A stretch of DNA of 63,771 nucleotides, counting the filler, from Octopus bimaculoides (taxonomy: Eukaryota): assembly GCF_001194135.2 (NCBI RefSeq). It is 3 parts of 3 records of this genome, joined end to end, with 100 filler letters (N's around TTAATTAATTAA, not from the genome) between each part and the next. Parts side by side here need not be neighbours in the genome. Positions count along the whole stretch, not along the records: positions 1 to 28,396 come from NC_068996.1; positions 28,497 to 41,838 come from NC_068982.1; 1 more part is not named here. One strand, 5' to 3'. Positions 23,445 through 36,070 of this stretch are shown here, piece by piece. Both the position numbers and the translations under genes were made by a program. Under the pieces are notes generated by a model. That model was not told the origin of the DNA and searched no databases. It saw nothing but the letters and a program-made list of their open reading frames with translations. Positions within the stretch are counted from its first letter, which is position 1; each line of letters opens with the position of its first letter.

Positions 23445-25251
23445 AACAGGCTTCTTTCAGTTTCCCTGTACCAAATCCACTCGGGAGACTTTGTTTGGCT
23501 GTAGGCTATAGTAGAAGACACTTGCCCAGGGTGCCAAGCCATGGGACTGAACCCAGGACCATGTGGTTGGGAAGCAAGCTTCTTACCACACAGCCACACC
23601 AATTTACCATTTTGTTGTATGGACCCCTGTTGAGAACCGCTTCTTTATATTATAAAACTAGAGGACAATCTCAGATGAGTAGATATTAATGGGGGTTAAA
23701 CTTTAAAATGCATGTGAGATATATATATATATATAGTATGTATTGGTCAAGATTCTAAGGTTCTTTGGTAAGGGAGAGAGTTAATTTTTTTATTATATGT
23801 TTATTGTTGTTTTCCTAATGTTAGTTTTATTAGTCTATAATTAATTTATAGATTGCACTGTTTCTTATTGTTAATTTTTACATTGACATATTTATTTCGA
23901 GTTTTATTTCATGCTATCCATCAATCTTTTCTGTAAATTTAATAATGAACAATCTGTTTGTTCATTTACTTCTTTGTTTATTGGTTTGTTTGTTTTTTTT
24001 CTGTTTTTTTTTTTTTCTATTTTCCCCCTTTTCTTTCTGCTTTTCACAACTGTAAGGTGGAACTTGTAAATACTGACTTAGTTTTATTGCATTTACGTTT
24101 TTTTTTTTTTTGAGACTGCTTCAAATTGAATTTAGTTTTACCATAAAGAAACAACTCTCTAGTCTTGTTGTAGACAACTTCTTCAGTCTTAGTGGCGCAA
24201 TAAAACACCACCAGATTATACAACAGGTTGGTGGTCGAAAGGAAGAGCATCAAGATGTAAGAAAAACTATGTCAAAACAAAAAAACATGATGTGCACCTG
24301 TATACGCACACATACATGCACACAAACAACAACAAAGGCTGGCTGTTTTCTCTGTAGTTAGTTGTGTAGGCCATTTGATAAAGGCCACAAGAAGTAAGAG
24401 ACATTATGAAATCTATCCAACCAATACACAAAGAGAAATGGTTGTAAAATTCTTGTTGCATGGATTTTTCTTTAACTCCTTCTAAATTGCTTGTTTTCAG
24501 ATTTCTTTGTTCCACATTTTAATGGATAAGGATAAAAAGAAAAAAAAAGGGGGGGGGCTAAAGCTCCTTCCCAAGTCATACAAACTCATAGGGTAAGATT
24601 CCTGGTTTCTGTGGTGTCTATATTTCTCCTGGATAGGACACCAGTCAATTGCAGGATTACTCATTTTTATCAGCTGAGTGAACAGAAGCAAGAACATACT
24701 GCATCAACTGGTTCAGGAATATAAGCCATAATCTTACAATCACGAGTGCAACTTCCTACCATTAAGCCATGCACCTCCATCCTGTTGTACATGCCTATCT
24801 CAAACAGATTGTAATAACCATTATTTAATGCTAAGTCATTAGGAAGATTAAGATCAAAAACATTCAAATTGTGGCCATCTTGTTAGCATTTTTGTATACC
24901 AAAGACCATATTGTTCTATGTATCCTGCTTTATTGCACAGTTGGGTGTTTTCTTGAAGGAATTTGATTGCTATTTCTAGCATATTGAGTGACCATGTAGA
25001 GGCTCCAGGGTTGCTTCATATAAGCAATCTTTAGTCATCATTTCAATGACATTGTTTCACCTAACTGAGAACTATACTGCACACTCCAACATACAGCAAA
25101 ATATCACATGGTTTGCAGCTTAAATGTCTAGATGTATTGCCCTTTCCTCTGCCCAGTCTATTTCTGTATACAGATAAGGGGACTTTTGTCCTGAACATGA
25201 TGGTTGCTATACATCCCTATATAATACAGTTCTATATTCAAGAGATGAGAA

Positions 25252-25527
25252 ATTATTTACATTTGACAAATATTTCTCCTCATCTTGTTTGTTGTTAACA
25301 CAATGTTTCGGTTGATATACCTTCCAGCCTTCTTCAGGTGTCTTGGGGAAATTTCGAACCTGGGTTCTCATTCCTAAGGTATTCTTCGATGTTGTTATTA
25401 TTATTATTATTGTTATTATTATTGTTCAGGTCATTGCTTGGAATCGAACTCAGAATCTTGGGGTTAGTAGCCCACACTCTTAACCACTTCACCATATGCC
25501 CGCTCTTAACCACTCTGCCATATATCC
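25252..25527 (-). mobile_element. tRNA-like Pol III head, (AAT)n and hammerhead-like motif
   Basis: Duplicated A boxes (25510-20, 25484-94), B box AGTTCGATTCC (25440-50), hairpin GGG-CTACTAA-CCC, AAT tract, and GACAC-CTGAAGA-A-GGCTG/CAACC-GAAA-CAT-T-GTGTT (25342 to 25297). Confidence 0.75.
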
Positions 25528-26150
25528 CAATATAATGTTTGGGACAAATGTTACTATTATTTCTGGAAGTACATGTCCCTTACATTTGTCCAGGCTCAGC
25601 AAGACAGTATTTTTAGGATCTTGTATAAGTGCCTGGTGGTGTAGACAAGTTTTCATATCATGACAGGAACTGTAGAAATTGAAGCTTGCCCCTTGCATCT
25701 CCTCTGGACAGTCTGTAGTTGTACTCTGTGTACAGTCTGTTATGATAGGTGTGTTGTGCTGTTTTGCATTCTTTGTTGTTTATTGTGGGTTGTTTTGAAA
25801 GATTATGGGTCCATGTAGGGCGATCATAGTTCATTGTGGATCTAATGTTTTGCTTTGTACCCCAATGTTTTTGCTTCTCTTTGTTGGCTAAATGTAGAAT
25901 CTGTGATTATTCTAAATAGGCTTGTGCATCATTTTGCTTTCTTTACTATATCTTTCATTGCAAAGGAGTTCTATGTAAGTCCTTGGATCATTGTCTTCTT
26001 CGTATGTTGTTGTTGTTGTTGTTGAGTGTGACAGTTTGCTGTACTTGGTATTCTCTGACATTTTCTGATAATGCTGGTAAGAAGAAATTCGCTAAATTTG
26101 GTCAACACTACATCAAATCAGTTGTTGTGGAGATGTGTTTCTAAGAGACT
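25528..26150 (-). mobile_element. Degraded PLE GIY-YIG 3' fragment (Naiad-like)
   Basis: Remnants DCPEE (C.LC.EEK-like) and SSCHDMKTCL (S.CRH.NK.LL-like) at the expected C-terminal positions; heavily decayed. Confidence 0.4.
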
Positions 26151-26330
26151 TTGGTAAAAATTAGAGTTTTTATAGATTATTAATTACAAAGGCGTAATGG
26201 ATAAAATTATGTAGGTGTTACAAGCTGAGAACTCAACTGTGAAAATCTCAAAGACAACAACTTCAAGTTCTATATAGTAGAAATATCTATTTTTTGGACA
26301 CTAAATGTGTGTGTGTGTGTTTTTTTTTTT

Positions 26331-26910
26331 ATTCTTTAAATAATATTTGTTTCAAATTTTGGTAGAATGCCAGCAATTTCAAGGAAGGGATTAAATTGAT
26401 TATCTTGACTTCAGTGCTCAACTGCTACTTATTTTATTGACCCCTGATGGATGAAAGCCAAAGTCAACTTGAGCAGAATTTGAACTCAGAACACAAAGAG
26501 GGACGAAATGCTGGTAAGCATTTTGTCCGGCATGTTAACGATTCTGTCAGCTCACTGCCTTAATTCTTTAAATAATATTAACTAAAATACATTTGATGAT
26601 CATATGTGTATCCACTGCAGATGTTACCAACGTTTTCTATTGGGATTCTTTAAATAATATTGGTTTCAAATGTTGACAGGAGGCCAGCAATTTTAGGGGA
26701 AGGGGTTATGTCAATTACCTTGACTCCAGGGCTCAAATGGTACTCATTTTATGACCCCTAAAAGGATGAAAGGCAAAGTCAACCCTGACAGCATTTGAAC
26801 TCAGAACATGAGGAATGACGTAATGCCGCTAAGCATTTTGCTAATGGTTCTGCCGGCTTGCTGCCTTATTTCTTTAAAAACTATTAAATAAAATATATTT
26901 GATGGTCATG
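26331..26910 (-). mobile_element. Two tandem Meta-domain-like SINE copies sharing the same flanks
   Basis: Both carry ...gaaaggcaaagtcaac...tttgaactcagaac and both are flanked by ttctttaaataatatt-like sequence. Confidence 0.6.
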
Positions 26911-27290
26911 AGTGGCTGTGTGGTAAGTAGCTTGCTTTCCAACCACATGGTTCTGGGTTCAGTCCCACTGCATAGCACCTTGGGCAAGTGTCTTCTTCTA
27001 TAGCCTCAAGCTGACCAAAGCCTCATGAGTGGATTTGGTAGATGGAAACTGAAAGAAGCCCATCGTATGTATGTGTGTGTTTGTGTATCTGTGTTTGTTC
27101 CCCCCACCACCACCACAGCTTGACAACCAATGTTGGTGCATTTATGTCCCTGTAACTTGGCAGTTCGGCAAAAGAGACCGATAGAATTAGCACTAAGCTT
27201 ACAAAGAATAATTCCCGGGGCCGATTTGTTCGACTAAAAGCAGTGCTCCAGCATGGACGCAGTCAAATGACTGAAACAAATAAAAGAATA
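26909..27290 (+). mobile_element. Family A SINE, CpG-decayed copy
   Basis: gagtggctgtgtggtaagtagcttgc head through gtcaaatgactgaaacaaataaaagaa tail. Confidence 0.85.
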
Positions 27291-27565
27291 CGTGTATTGC
27301 TGTGAGAATGTAATTGACTGGTTATGCTTGTCTTTTTTTTTTCTTTTTTTCGTCTGCTGATATTACCAAACTTTTCTATTGGGATTATTACTAACAACTC
27401 TGTTATCTAAACACAGTTAGTAAATAGATTACACACACAAACACACACACACACAGATACAGAGGTGCTTACCAAAATGCATGTGATTCTCAGATATGGC
27501 TAAAGTAAACTGCACCCATAATAGCCATTTTAGAGTACAGATATTTCATGGAGGTACTGTATTAC

Positions 27566-27702
27566 TTGTTCTGTGACAGCAATCTCTCAGTGTATTAGCG
27601 CCAGCTTTAAGTCAGGTGTTAAGAGTACAAGTTTTAGACTGCAAGCAAGCCAAGTCGGCTTGCCAGCCAACAAGGAAGCTGTAGCTAGTTGAACGTTATA
27701 AC
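27566..27702 (-). other. Candidate non-coding (5' UTR) exon of the minus-strand gene
   Basis: Acceptor cttcttttcacag|G, donor CAA|GTAATA, stops in all three frames, no ATG, in a CpG-retaining unique stretch. Confidence 0.25.
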
Positions 27703-28342
27703 CTGTGAAAAGAAGTAGCATGAGACAGAGAGAGAGAGAGATGGGCTGTGTGAATTTAGGGACCTCATAGTACAGTAGTACTGCCAAGTTGTTGTAAGGT
27801 GGTGGTGGTGGTGACTTAAACTAACTGACTATAGAGTGTAAAAAAAAAACAAAAAACTGAATGAGGAATTCACAGCTGATGATGAGGCTGTTTATAAACG
27901 TCTACTAAACTGTCCATTGTTTTCTTTTTGTTTTTGTTTTGTGTGTGTGTTTTGCAACGTGGCTGCAACTGTTATAAGAAAGATTTGGTACCACCACCAC
28001 TTCCACTACCATCATCATCATCATCATCATCATCATCGCTATCATCATTATTAGTGTTCACCCCCTCCCCCACCCCATATAATTTGTTCGTTCATTAAGT
28101 TTCAATTTGTAAACTATTTAATAATAATGTTATCAAAAGAGTTCTGTCCATTTGTGAATTCTGCTGTCATCATTCTTTTGATTTTTTAAAAAAATTTTTG
28201 CGGCAATTAATTTTAGGAAAAAACAAAAACGAAAATAAGAATTGTAATAAATCACTGCATCATTGTTATCATCATGAAATGTTAACATGCATACAAACAT
28301 AAATGTATTGGCCAACCCTCCTCCTGATGAAATCACACATGC

Positions 28343-28386
<44 letters not shown>

Positions 28387-28396
28387 ACCCATATAT

Positions 28397-28496
28397 NNNN
28401 NNNNNNNNNNNNNNNNNNNNNNNNNNNNNNNNNNNNNNNNTTAATTAATTAANNNNNNNNNNNNNNNNNNNNNNNNNNNNNNNNNNNNNNNNNNNN
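28397..28496. other. Artificial assembly join: 44 N + TTAATTAATTAA + 44 N
   Basis: Six-frame-stop linker at 28441-28452 centred in an exactly 100-bp gap. Confidence 0.9.
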
Positions 28497-28533
<37 letters not shown>

Positions 28534-28540
28534 GTATATA

Positions 28541-29772
28541 CAGGGTGCGTAAGATATTTGAAAACAGATTTTTGTTTATAAAAAAGACATATATAATAAC
28601 AGATAATAAGTTTATTTATCAAAAAATGCTATGCGGTTAAAAATAAACCTTCTTTTCTATAATGTTATTCAATACAGCCACTTTCACCTTCAACAACTGC
28701 TACTATATGAGATATAAATCATCTATATGCTCAAATCAAGTGTTCCTGGTTAATTTTGGACATTACTCTGACTATGGCATTTCAAAGAATCTTTGGTGCT
28801 ATGGGCCTGTTCATTGACCTCTCTCACGACAACGCTTCACATGTAATAGTCCAATGGATTGAGAGCTGGAGAATTAGGAGACCAAATGTTAGGGGTTATG
28901 TGAATATGAAAATTTTCACCCACCCATTCCTGTGTTACTAGAGCCATGTGTGATAGTTCGCAGTCTTACTGAAACTCATATGGCCTTCCATTGCATGCAC
29001 TGTCTATCTAGGGCTTAGCAATTATTTCCAGGACCTAAATGTAGGTACTAGAGTTAACTCTAAGGCTTTGTAGAAAGTCCTAAGGAGGTATCACAAATCT
29101 TTCATTGCTGACAATCCCTAAAACGATTACAGCTGCAGGATGTTTTGTATGCGTAACACGTGGAACAACTATCCGTTATTTCTTTTGTTAACTTTTTGAT
29201 CTTGGTCGAATTATTTCTCGTTTGAGAAAAACCAAATCAAATCTTCTGCTGGATTTTTCAGTTTGTTTAAGAGCCTTTTAGATCTGATGTAGTGGTTTTC
29301 TTTTGCTTTTTCAGACAAATTGACCTTTCTTCATCATATAAGACTGATGTCTTCGTGGACAACGTTTCTGACTGTCGCTTATGACACATGCAAACCTTTT
29401 GCAATTGACCTCATGGACTTTCTGGATTTATAATCAATGGCCTGTTGACTTGCCTGACAAATTCAGGTATTCTGATAATTTCAGAGCGTTTAGAATGGTT
29501 TCTATGCTTTGATACTGGTGATACATTTCCATATTCAGTCTCTAGCTCCTAACACACTTTGTAGACTAAACATCTGGCTACTTTTAAAAATCGAGATATT
29601 TCTAAATAGCTATGCTCAGCCTTTATAACCACAATAACAGCATGCCTCTTCACTTCTTGATTAAACTGAGGATCGGGCATTATTATTTTCTGAAACAAAG
29701 ATTAATTAGAGTTAGCAAAAAATGCAGCAATGACCCCAAAAAGGTATATCCTCAAATACATTACGCAACCTG
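28541..29772 (-). mobile_element. Full-length but decayed Tc1/mariner element, maT (DD37D)-like
   Basis: TA-flanked 21-bp TIRs cagggtgcgtaagatatttga / tcaaatacattacgcaacctg (18/21); minus-strand FQ*DCELSH and WSPNSPALNPLDYY motifs. Confidence 0.85.
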
Positions 29773-30773
29773 TATATATATATATATATATGTATGTATA
29801 TATGTATATATATAAATGTATATATATATACATGTATGTATAATGTGTGTGTGTGTGTGGGAGGGGGGCGTGCGCGTGTGCGTCTTTGAACATGTCTTTT
29901 GTACCCACCACCGCTTGAAAACTGCTGTGTTTATGTCCACGTAATATACCAGTTCTGCAAGAGAGAACGATAGAATAAATACCATGTGCAAAATAAAATA
30001 AGTACTGGAAGCGACCCATTTGATTAAAATTTCTTCAAAGTGGTGCCCCAGCCTGACCGCAGTCTAATGATTGAAACAAGTAAAGGATAAACTTTAGGGT
30101 TGCATTCAGTGATAATATTGAGATAGCGCCATCAGGTCAAAGTTTCCATCAGTCACGTGCGTACTCCACTTTCCACAATTCCTGTTAGTAGACGGTACGC
30201 TCAAATGTTTGTATATTTGGTATATGGGTTATACGTGTCCCTTCCTTGGATTCAATTCATAGTAACGTAACTGTCGATTTGCTGCGGGGTGTAAACTCTC
30301 AATTCTGATTTCACCCCGTTTTTCTTTTGTAAGAAAGGTACATCCTCATATATTCCTTATTGGGTACTTCCCATTATCAAATGGCCTTTCTTCTGATTTG
30401 ATTTACACTTCCCAATTTTCCATCTGGAGTACAAATGGTACTGTCGTGTTATGTGCACTAAGATTTTCCCAAATCATAAGGTAATGACATATATTTTAAC
30501 ATATGAGTTCTTTTTTTATAAACATTTTGTCAAACATAGAGCTGTAGATACAATTCTTACTACCAGGAATGCTGCTTCCGCTACAGTCGCGTTGCAGCTG
30601 TGACGACGTATTTTCGGAGTACTTTCTTGAATCCACTAATAACTCTATATATTATCCAATTTAAACGCATCATTTTGCAATATTATTCGCCGACAGCCGC
30701 TGATTACACACACGCAGGGACACGTGCGCACGCACATACACACACGCACACACACACAGACACACACACACGT

Positions 30774-30804
<31 letters not shown>

Positions 30805-30835
30805 AATATATATACATATGAGTATTTGTCTGAGA

Positions 30836-30867
<32 letters not shown>

Positions 30868-30923
30868 NNNNNNNNNNATATATACACACACACATACAAT
30901 GCATATATCTGCCTATTCGTATA

Positions 30924-30958
<35 letters not shown>

Positions 30959-32264
30959 TCACATATCTGTGTATCTCTACACACATTTATACGTATGTGT
31001 GTGTGTGTGTGTGTGTCTGTCTGTCTGTCTATAAGAGCTTGGTTTTGTGTGTATTTGTATCTGCGACTATGCGGTTATGTATGTATTTTTTCCCCCTTAA
31101 TCCTAGAGATTACTTCCATAGAAAAATAAAATATATCCATCGTTCTGAAGTCTTGGAAGTATCTTCAACGTTGTTGTGTACTGAATAATGGAATAAACAG
31201 AATACTATGAATCATACTCGATAGAAAATCGATATTCGTCACATAAAACTACTCTCTAACGGATCATTCCGCTGCGATGCTTTTATAACATCACACGGCT
31301 GGCTGTTTTATTTCCAAGCTTATACCTTACACTGAATACCTTTCTCAGAAATTGTCCTTTTTTCTCTAACAACAAAACATTCATCACGTGTCAAGTCGTT
31401 AAGTATAGTGTCACGTAATACATTCATATGTCTCAAGAAATTCTAAACTCTGACCTTACTTGTATTTTTCACCTAGCATTCACCTACTGACATATGTCCA
31501 TGCTATTATAGAAATTGCTTTTTGTATATATGACCGTAAAATTCCGTATGTACAGATATACATCCATACAAAACCCCCCCACATATTTTGTAATACATAA
31601 CCGCGCGTACTCTCATGCACAACACATGTGCGAGACAGCCAATAGATGTTATTTACGTCTTTACCTGTCACTTGTGATATTGCAAAAAGTAAAATATGAG
31701 ACAAAATTAATTAGTTAAAGTGTCTAGTATTTCGTTATTTTAAGTAAAATTCCCTCTAGGTTAAACATTGCTGTAAAAGATATAGAATACTTGATATACT
31801 TACAAGTATAGGTTTGAAATCAATAATTAACCGCATGATAGGGTAGAGGTATATTGTGTACAAAAGTACAGCGACGTCTGTTTAGATTATAATTGTGTTA
31901 ATTTTGCAAAATTGCCCAAAGGTTTGTTTTTACAGTTCACAAGGAGAAATATCAGCGCTCAGAACATATTCGAGGATTGCAATTCTAGCAGGAATATGAG
32001 GAATGGAATCCTTGGCCTGATCTGTGTAACAAAGCAGTTTCCATTACAATCACATTAGCCCTGGATAGGGAAGCTGAATCTGGCATTTAAGTCGATCGAC
32101 CTCACCAAAAAATGTAATATCCTTATGGTGGACATACAAAAGGTTCTCGTCAACCCAACTCAAAGACATGCGTTTATGTGAAGCTGATATTTTACTATAA
32201 TTAATTTGTAATCTCATATGAAATATAAGAACGAAATATCTCGCCAATATTACTTATATCCTGA

Positions 32265-32470
32265 AGGTGGTGTGTTGGTAGAATCGTTAGCATGCCGGAC
32301 GAAATGCTTAGCAATGTTTAGTTCGTCTTTACCTTCTGAGTTCAAATTCCTCCGAGGTCGACTTTGCTTTTCATCCTTTCAGGATCGATAAAATAAGTAC
32401 CAGTTGAGCACTGATGTCGTTGTAATCGAAGTGCTGGCCTTGTGCCAAAATTTGACACCAATTTTACTTA
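32265..32470 (+). mobile_element. Meta-domain-like tRNA SINE (family B)
   Basis: gaatcgttagcatgccggacgaaatgc...gaggtcgactttgcttttcatcctttcaggatcgataaaataagtaccag; relatives at about 47620-47740, 49560-49740 and 58125-58312 (minus). Confidence 0.75.
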
Positions 32471-32484
32471 TATACTTAAATAGT

Positions 32485-32790
32485 GAAGGCGCGTGGCTTA
32501 GGTTGAGATCCTGTTCGTAAGGTCGTAAGTTCGATTCCCGGAGCCGCCTTTTGTACTTGAGCATCACGTTTCATTTCGCATTGCTTCACTCCACTCAGCT
32601 GGCAATCATGTTATACCTGTAATTCGAAGAGCTAGCATCATGGCATATTGTGTCACGCTGAATCTTCCCGAAAACTACGCAAAGGCTGCTTATATCTGTG
32701 GAGTGCTTAGTCATGTGCAATTTAATTCTACGAGCGGGCTGTTCCGTTGATCGTATCAATTGGAACCCCCGTCCTCGTAACCCATGGAAT
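32485..32790 (+). mobile_element. CORE-type SINE, decayed
   Basis: gaaggcgcgtggc head, aagttcgattccc B box, body homologous to 19461-20172. Confidence 0.7.
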
Positions 32791-33224
32791 GTCAGATTTT
32801 CCCTTAAAGACACGTCGTGTTTGAAAAGCATCAATTTTGCGCAACTTAGCTGTTAAGTGAAAGAAATAAAAAAAAACAATTGTTCCTACAGATACTATTA
32901 TGTTTTAACTTGTCCTTTCTGCTTCTATTTTTGTTTAATTGGGTAGTGATCGAGTTTCCTGTTCATCATTGACATGTTAAAATCTTAGTACACGGTAATG
33001 TAGTCGATTCAGACTTATGGAAAAAATTCTAAAATTTCTCCATTAGAAATCTTCTTGAAACCGCACGAGGCAAAGGACAAACTAAACATAGATGCAAAAA
33101 GAAACGTAATGTATTGTCTCAGGAATATTAGCTTTACCAGGAAGTACATAGAGCTACAGAACATAGCTACGCAACGATGCGGATCTTTTCATACAAATTC
33201 TAAACATTCTGCCGAATAATAACA

Positions 33225-36070
33225 TTTTTGACATGCTCATTACATTTTTATTCTTGTCTTCCGTTTTACGAATTCAATGTGCACAAGCCCATTGCGTGTT
33301 CATTCTTCTCTTTCCGGTTCCTACTGAAAACATTTCATAGATCACAACCATCTCATGAACTATGTTCGTGAAGAACGCTTCACTCTCCGATGCTTGTGAA
33401 AAAAATAACGTTTACTCTACTACAAATATCTATTAAACCACGCTTCAATTAGACACCAATCTCTTGAAATGTAGGAGAGAAAAATCAGCTAGCTGCTCTA
33501 CACTTAGATAATCCTAGAAACACACAATGTTTGGCTTGCAGGAAATTTAGGGTAATGAACAAAAGCAACAAAATCAGAGTCAGACGCGATAGCGTATGCA
33601 ACTTGGAAAATGTGTGCCTACAACAATGAAATGTTTAAAAAAAAATACCGCTTAGGCATCAGTCTCTGAAAACTCTGAAAACTCTACTTAGTAATCTTTG
33701 GAAATCACTTTTGAATTTTATGAAATTTTCTCCTCCCGTTTGGTATTTTGAACAATTGTCCGTAGGTTTATATCACTCTAACCAGTCAATATGTAAATTT
33801 GTATTAATTCATCTATATTTGCATATGACAATAGGCTATATCTATGACGTGTAATAGACTGAAATTACTCCTGGTTGTTTTTGTCTAGAAGGATCCGACT
33901 TCATTTCCATAAATATGTAAATTAACATTCAAAGATTAAATCGGGATTTATTAAAATTACCTCCCTCTTTTTTCTGCCGGAGTCCTTAACAATTGTCACT
34001 GGCATCTTATTTTCTTGCTTTAACAAAGAGATAAATTTCAATCCGAAACATCTTGTATTTCCTGTAGGGAATTGTCTATTTACTCACTCATATATGTAGC
34101 TATATTTTATTTACGTCAAACTAATTATTTTCCTTCTCCCACAATTTTTCCTTTTTGCCATTCCAGTATATTCTTTATTTCTATCGAACATTTCTCAAAC
34201 TTTTAATTGTCTTTAGGACTTTCTCTTTCCTTTTTATTATTTCATTATTGCTGTATAAACCAGCATCCATCATCTGTGGGTTCTTCATTTTAAATTTCAT
34301 TTCATGTTTCTCCAAGATTTGATTAATAGTGATAATATTTTAACGTTTCTTTAGTGTCACTCTCATTTCAATACCAAATATATTAAAATTAAAAGTCAAT
34401 AAAATATTTTGATGCATGAATAAATATAACACCAATTTTATTACTTATTTCTTGTTTTATAAAAACAGAAGTGATGACACCTCAATTGTTTATAGACAAT
34501 ATACCATTGATTAAAACACTCAACTACAGACATTTTCCATTTTATTTTATAAATTTTATTTTAAGCTAATTGTACGGAGTTCATATAAATTCTACTGACT
34601 TTCATTCTGTATATTGTCAAATAATATTACTTCACATGAGAAAAAAAAAGAATGAATATCACTTGAAATGATAGTGATGGTCATTTGGATTTAGAAATGG
34701 AATGTCCATTTTTGTAGATTAATTCCAGGTATAAAAAATAGTTTATAACTTCATTGGTTTGATAATATGCATATTTACAAGTCTTCATCGAAATGTACCC
34801 CAACAGTAGGGATAAGAATTAACTCTAAAATGCCTTTACCTTTTCAGGAAGCAAGATTCACTCATATTCTGACAGAAAACGTTCATAACTTGTGTTTTAT
34901 TTATTTGGATATTGTAAGAAAAAATTTGAGTGCTTCATTGGGTTAATTGTATATAGTTGCAGACGAGTAAAACCTCTTACTGAAACAACATTATGACATT
35001 TGTATTCTAAACCTAATATGTTGATGCAATTAAAATAATGCAATGTTCTGTTGCGGGGCGATATTATCTGTTTTAGCACCTGGTTCACTAATTAGTCTTG
35101 AAACCTACGCAGCTAAATCGTCAATATGTTCAGCTATTAGAGGCAAAATGGGCAGCCAATTTGCCTCTAGTTACATTGATTAAATAATATTGAATAAAAT
35201 ATTAATCAGCTTTATATTCAGAATCTTTGGAGTTTGCATTAGTTAGGGGGCTTAAAAACTACAACACTACTACACATGCGCACAAAATTCAAACAACTTA
35301 CAGAGAAGCAAGCATTAGATGCTATGTGTGATAAATAACGTATATCTGCCATGAAAATGCTAAATTGTCGTTGTTGTCTGTAATTCATATACAAAATACA
35401 ATAAAGTCTGATAAGTGGGAATTAGCTACAGACGCCTTAATTAGATTTCTCCAATTAATAAACATGATAAATGATGTTGAATAATGAGTAGATAAATATA
35501 ACAAAGAAAATTGATGAACAGATGGACCGCGTTGAATGGAATAGTCAGCTTATAAGAACGGCTTCGATTTTAAAAAACAAAAACAAAAGTTAACGTTGCG
35601 GATACAATTGAATCACGTGATGGAGATCTCAGGAGCTAGTGAAAGGAGGTGCAGCAAAGTTGTTTCTTATAAAACAACTCTCGGTCTTTAGGAAGAACAG
35701 GACCACAACCCAAAATAGTATCAGATAGAGCGAAGAGGTGTTCTAGCTTGATCTAGCCGAGGAGGAACAAATCAACCGCCAAACAATTTGAAGGTAATAT
35801 TTCTGTAATTTATAGGTAAGGGAAATAACTCTGATATGTCATTGTGATAGCTTTGAAGTTTCACCGTCGTCATGACAACCTATGTTATTTTATTTTTACA
35901 AGATCGGAGAGCGAAGTGCTTCTCACGAACATAGTTCGAGACATGGTTGTGATCTATAAAATGTTTTCAGTAGGAACCGGAAAGAGTACAATGAACACGC
36001 AATGCGCATGTGCACGTTGAATTCGCAAAAATGGAAGACAAGAATAAAAATGTAATGCGCATGTCAAAAA
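33225..36070. repeat. About 185-bp inverted repeat pair (33225-33409 and 35884-36070) 2.5 kb apart
   Basis: The reverse complement of the right copy aligns through tttttgacatg...ctctttccggttcctactgaaaacatt...gaactatgttcgtg...aaataac. Confidence 0.85.

Noticed and set aside
30561-30620. CpG-rich candidate first exon with a GTAAGA donor
   Set aside because: It lies beyond an artificial join from the rest of the gene, and the exon-side consensus is weak.
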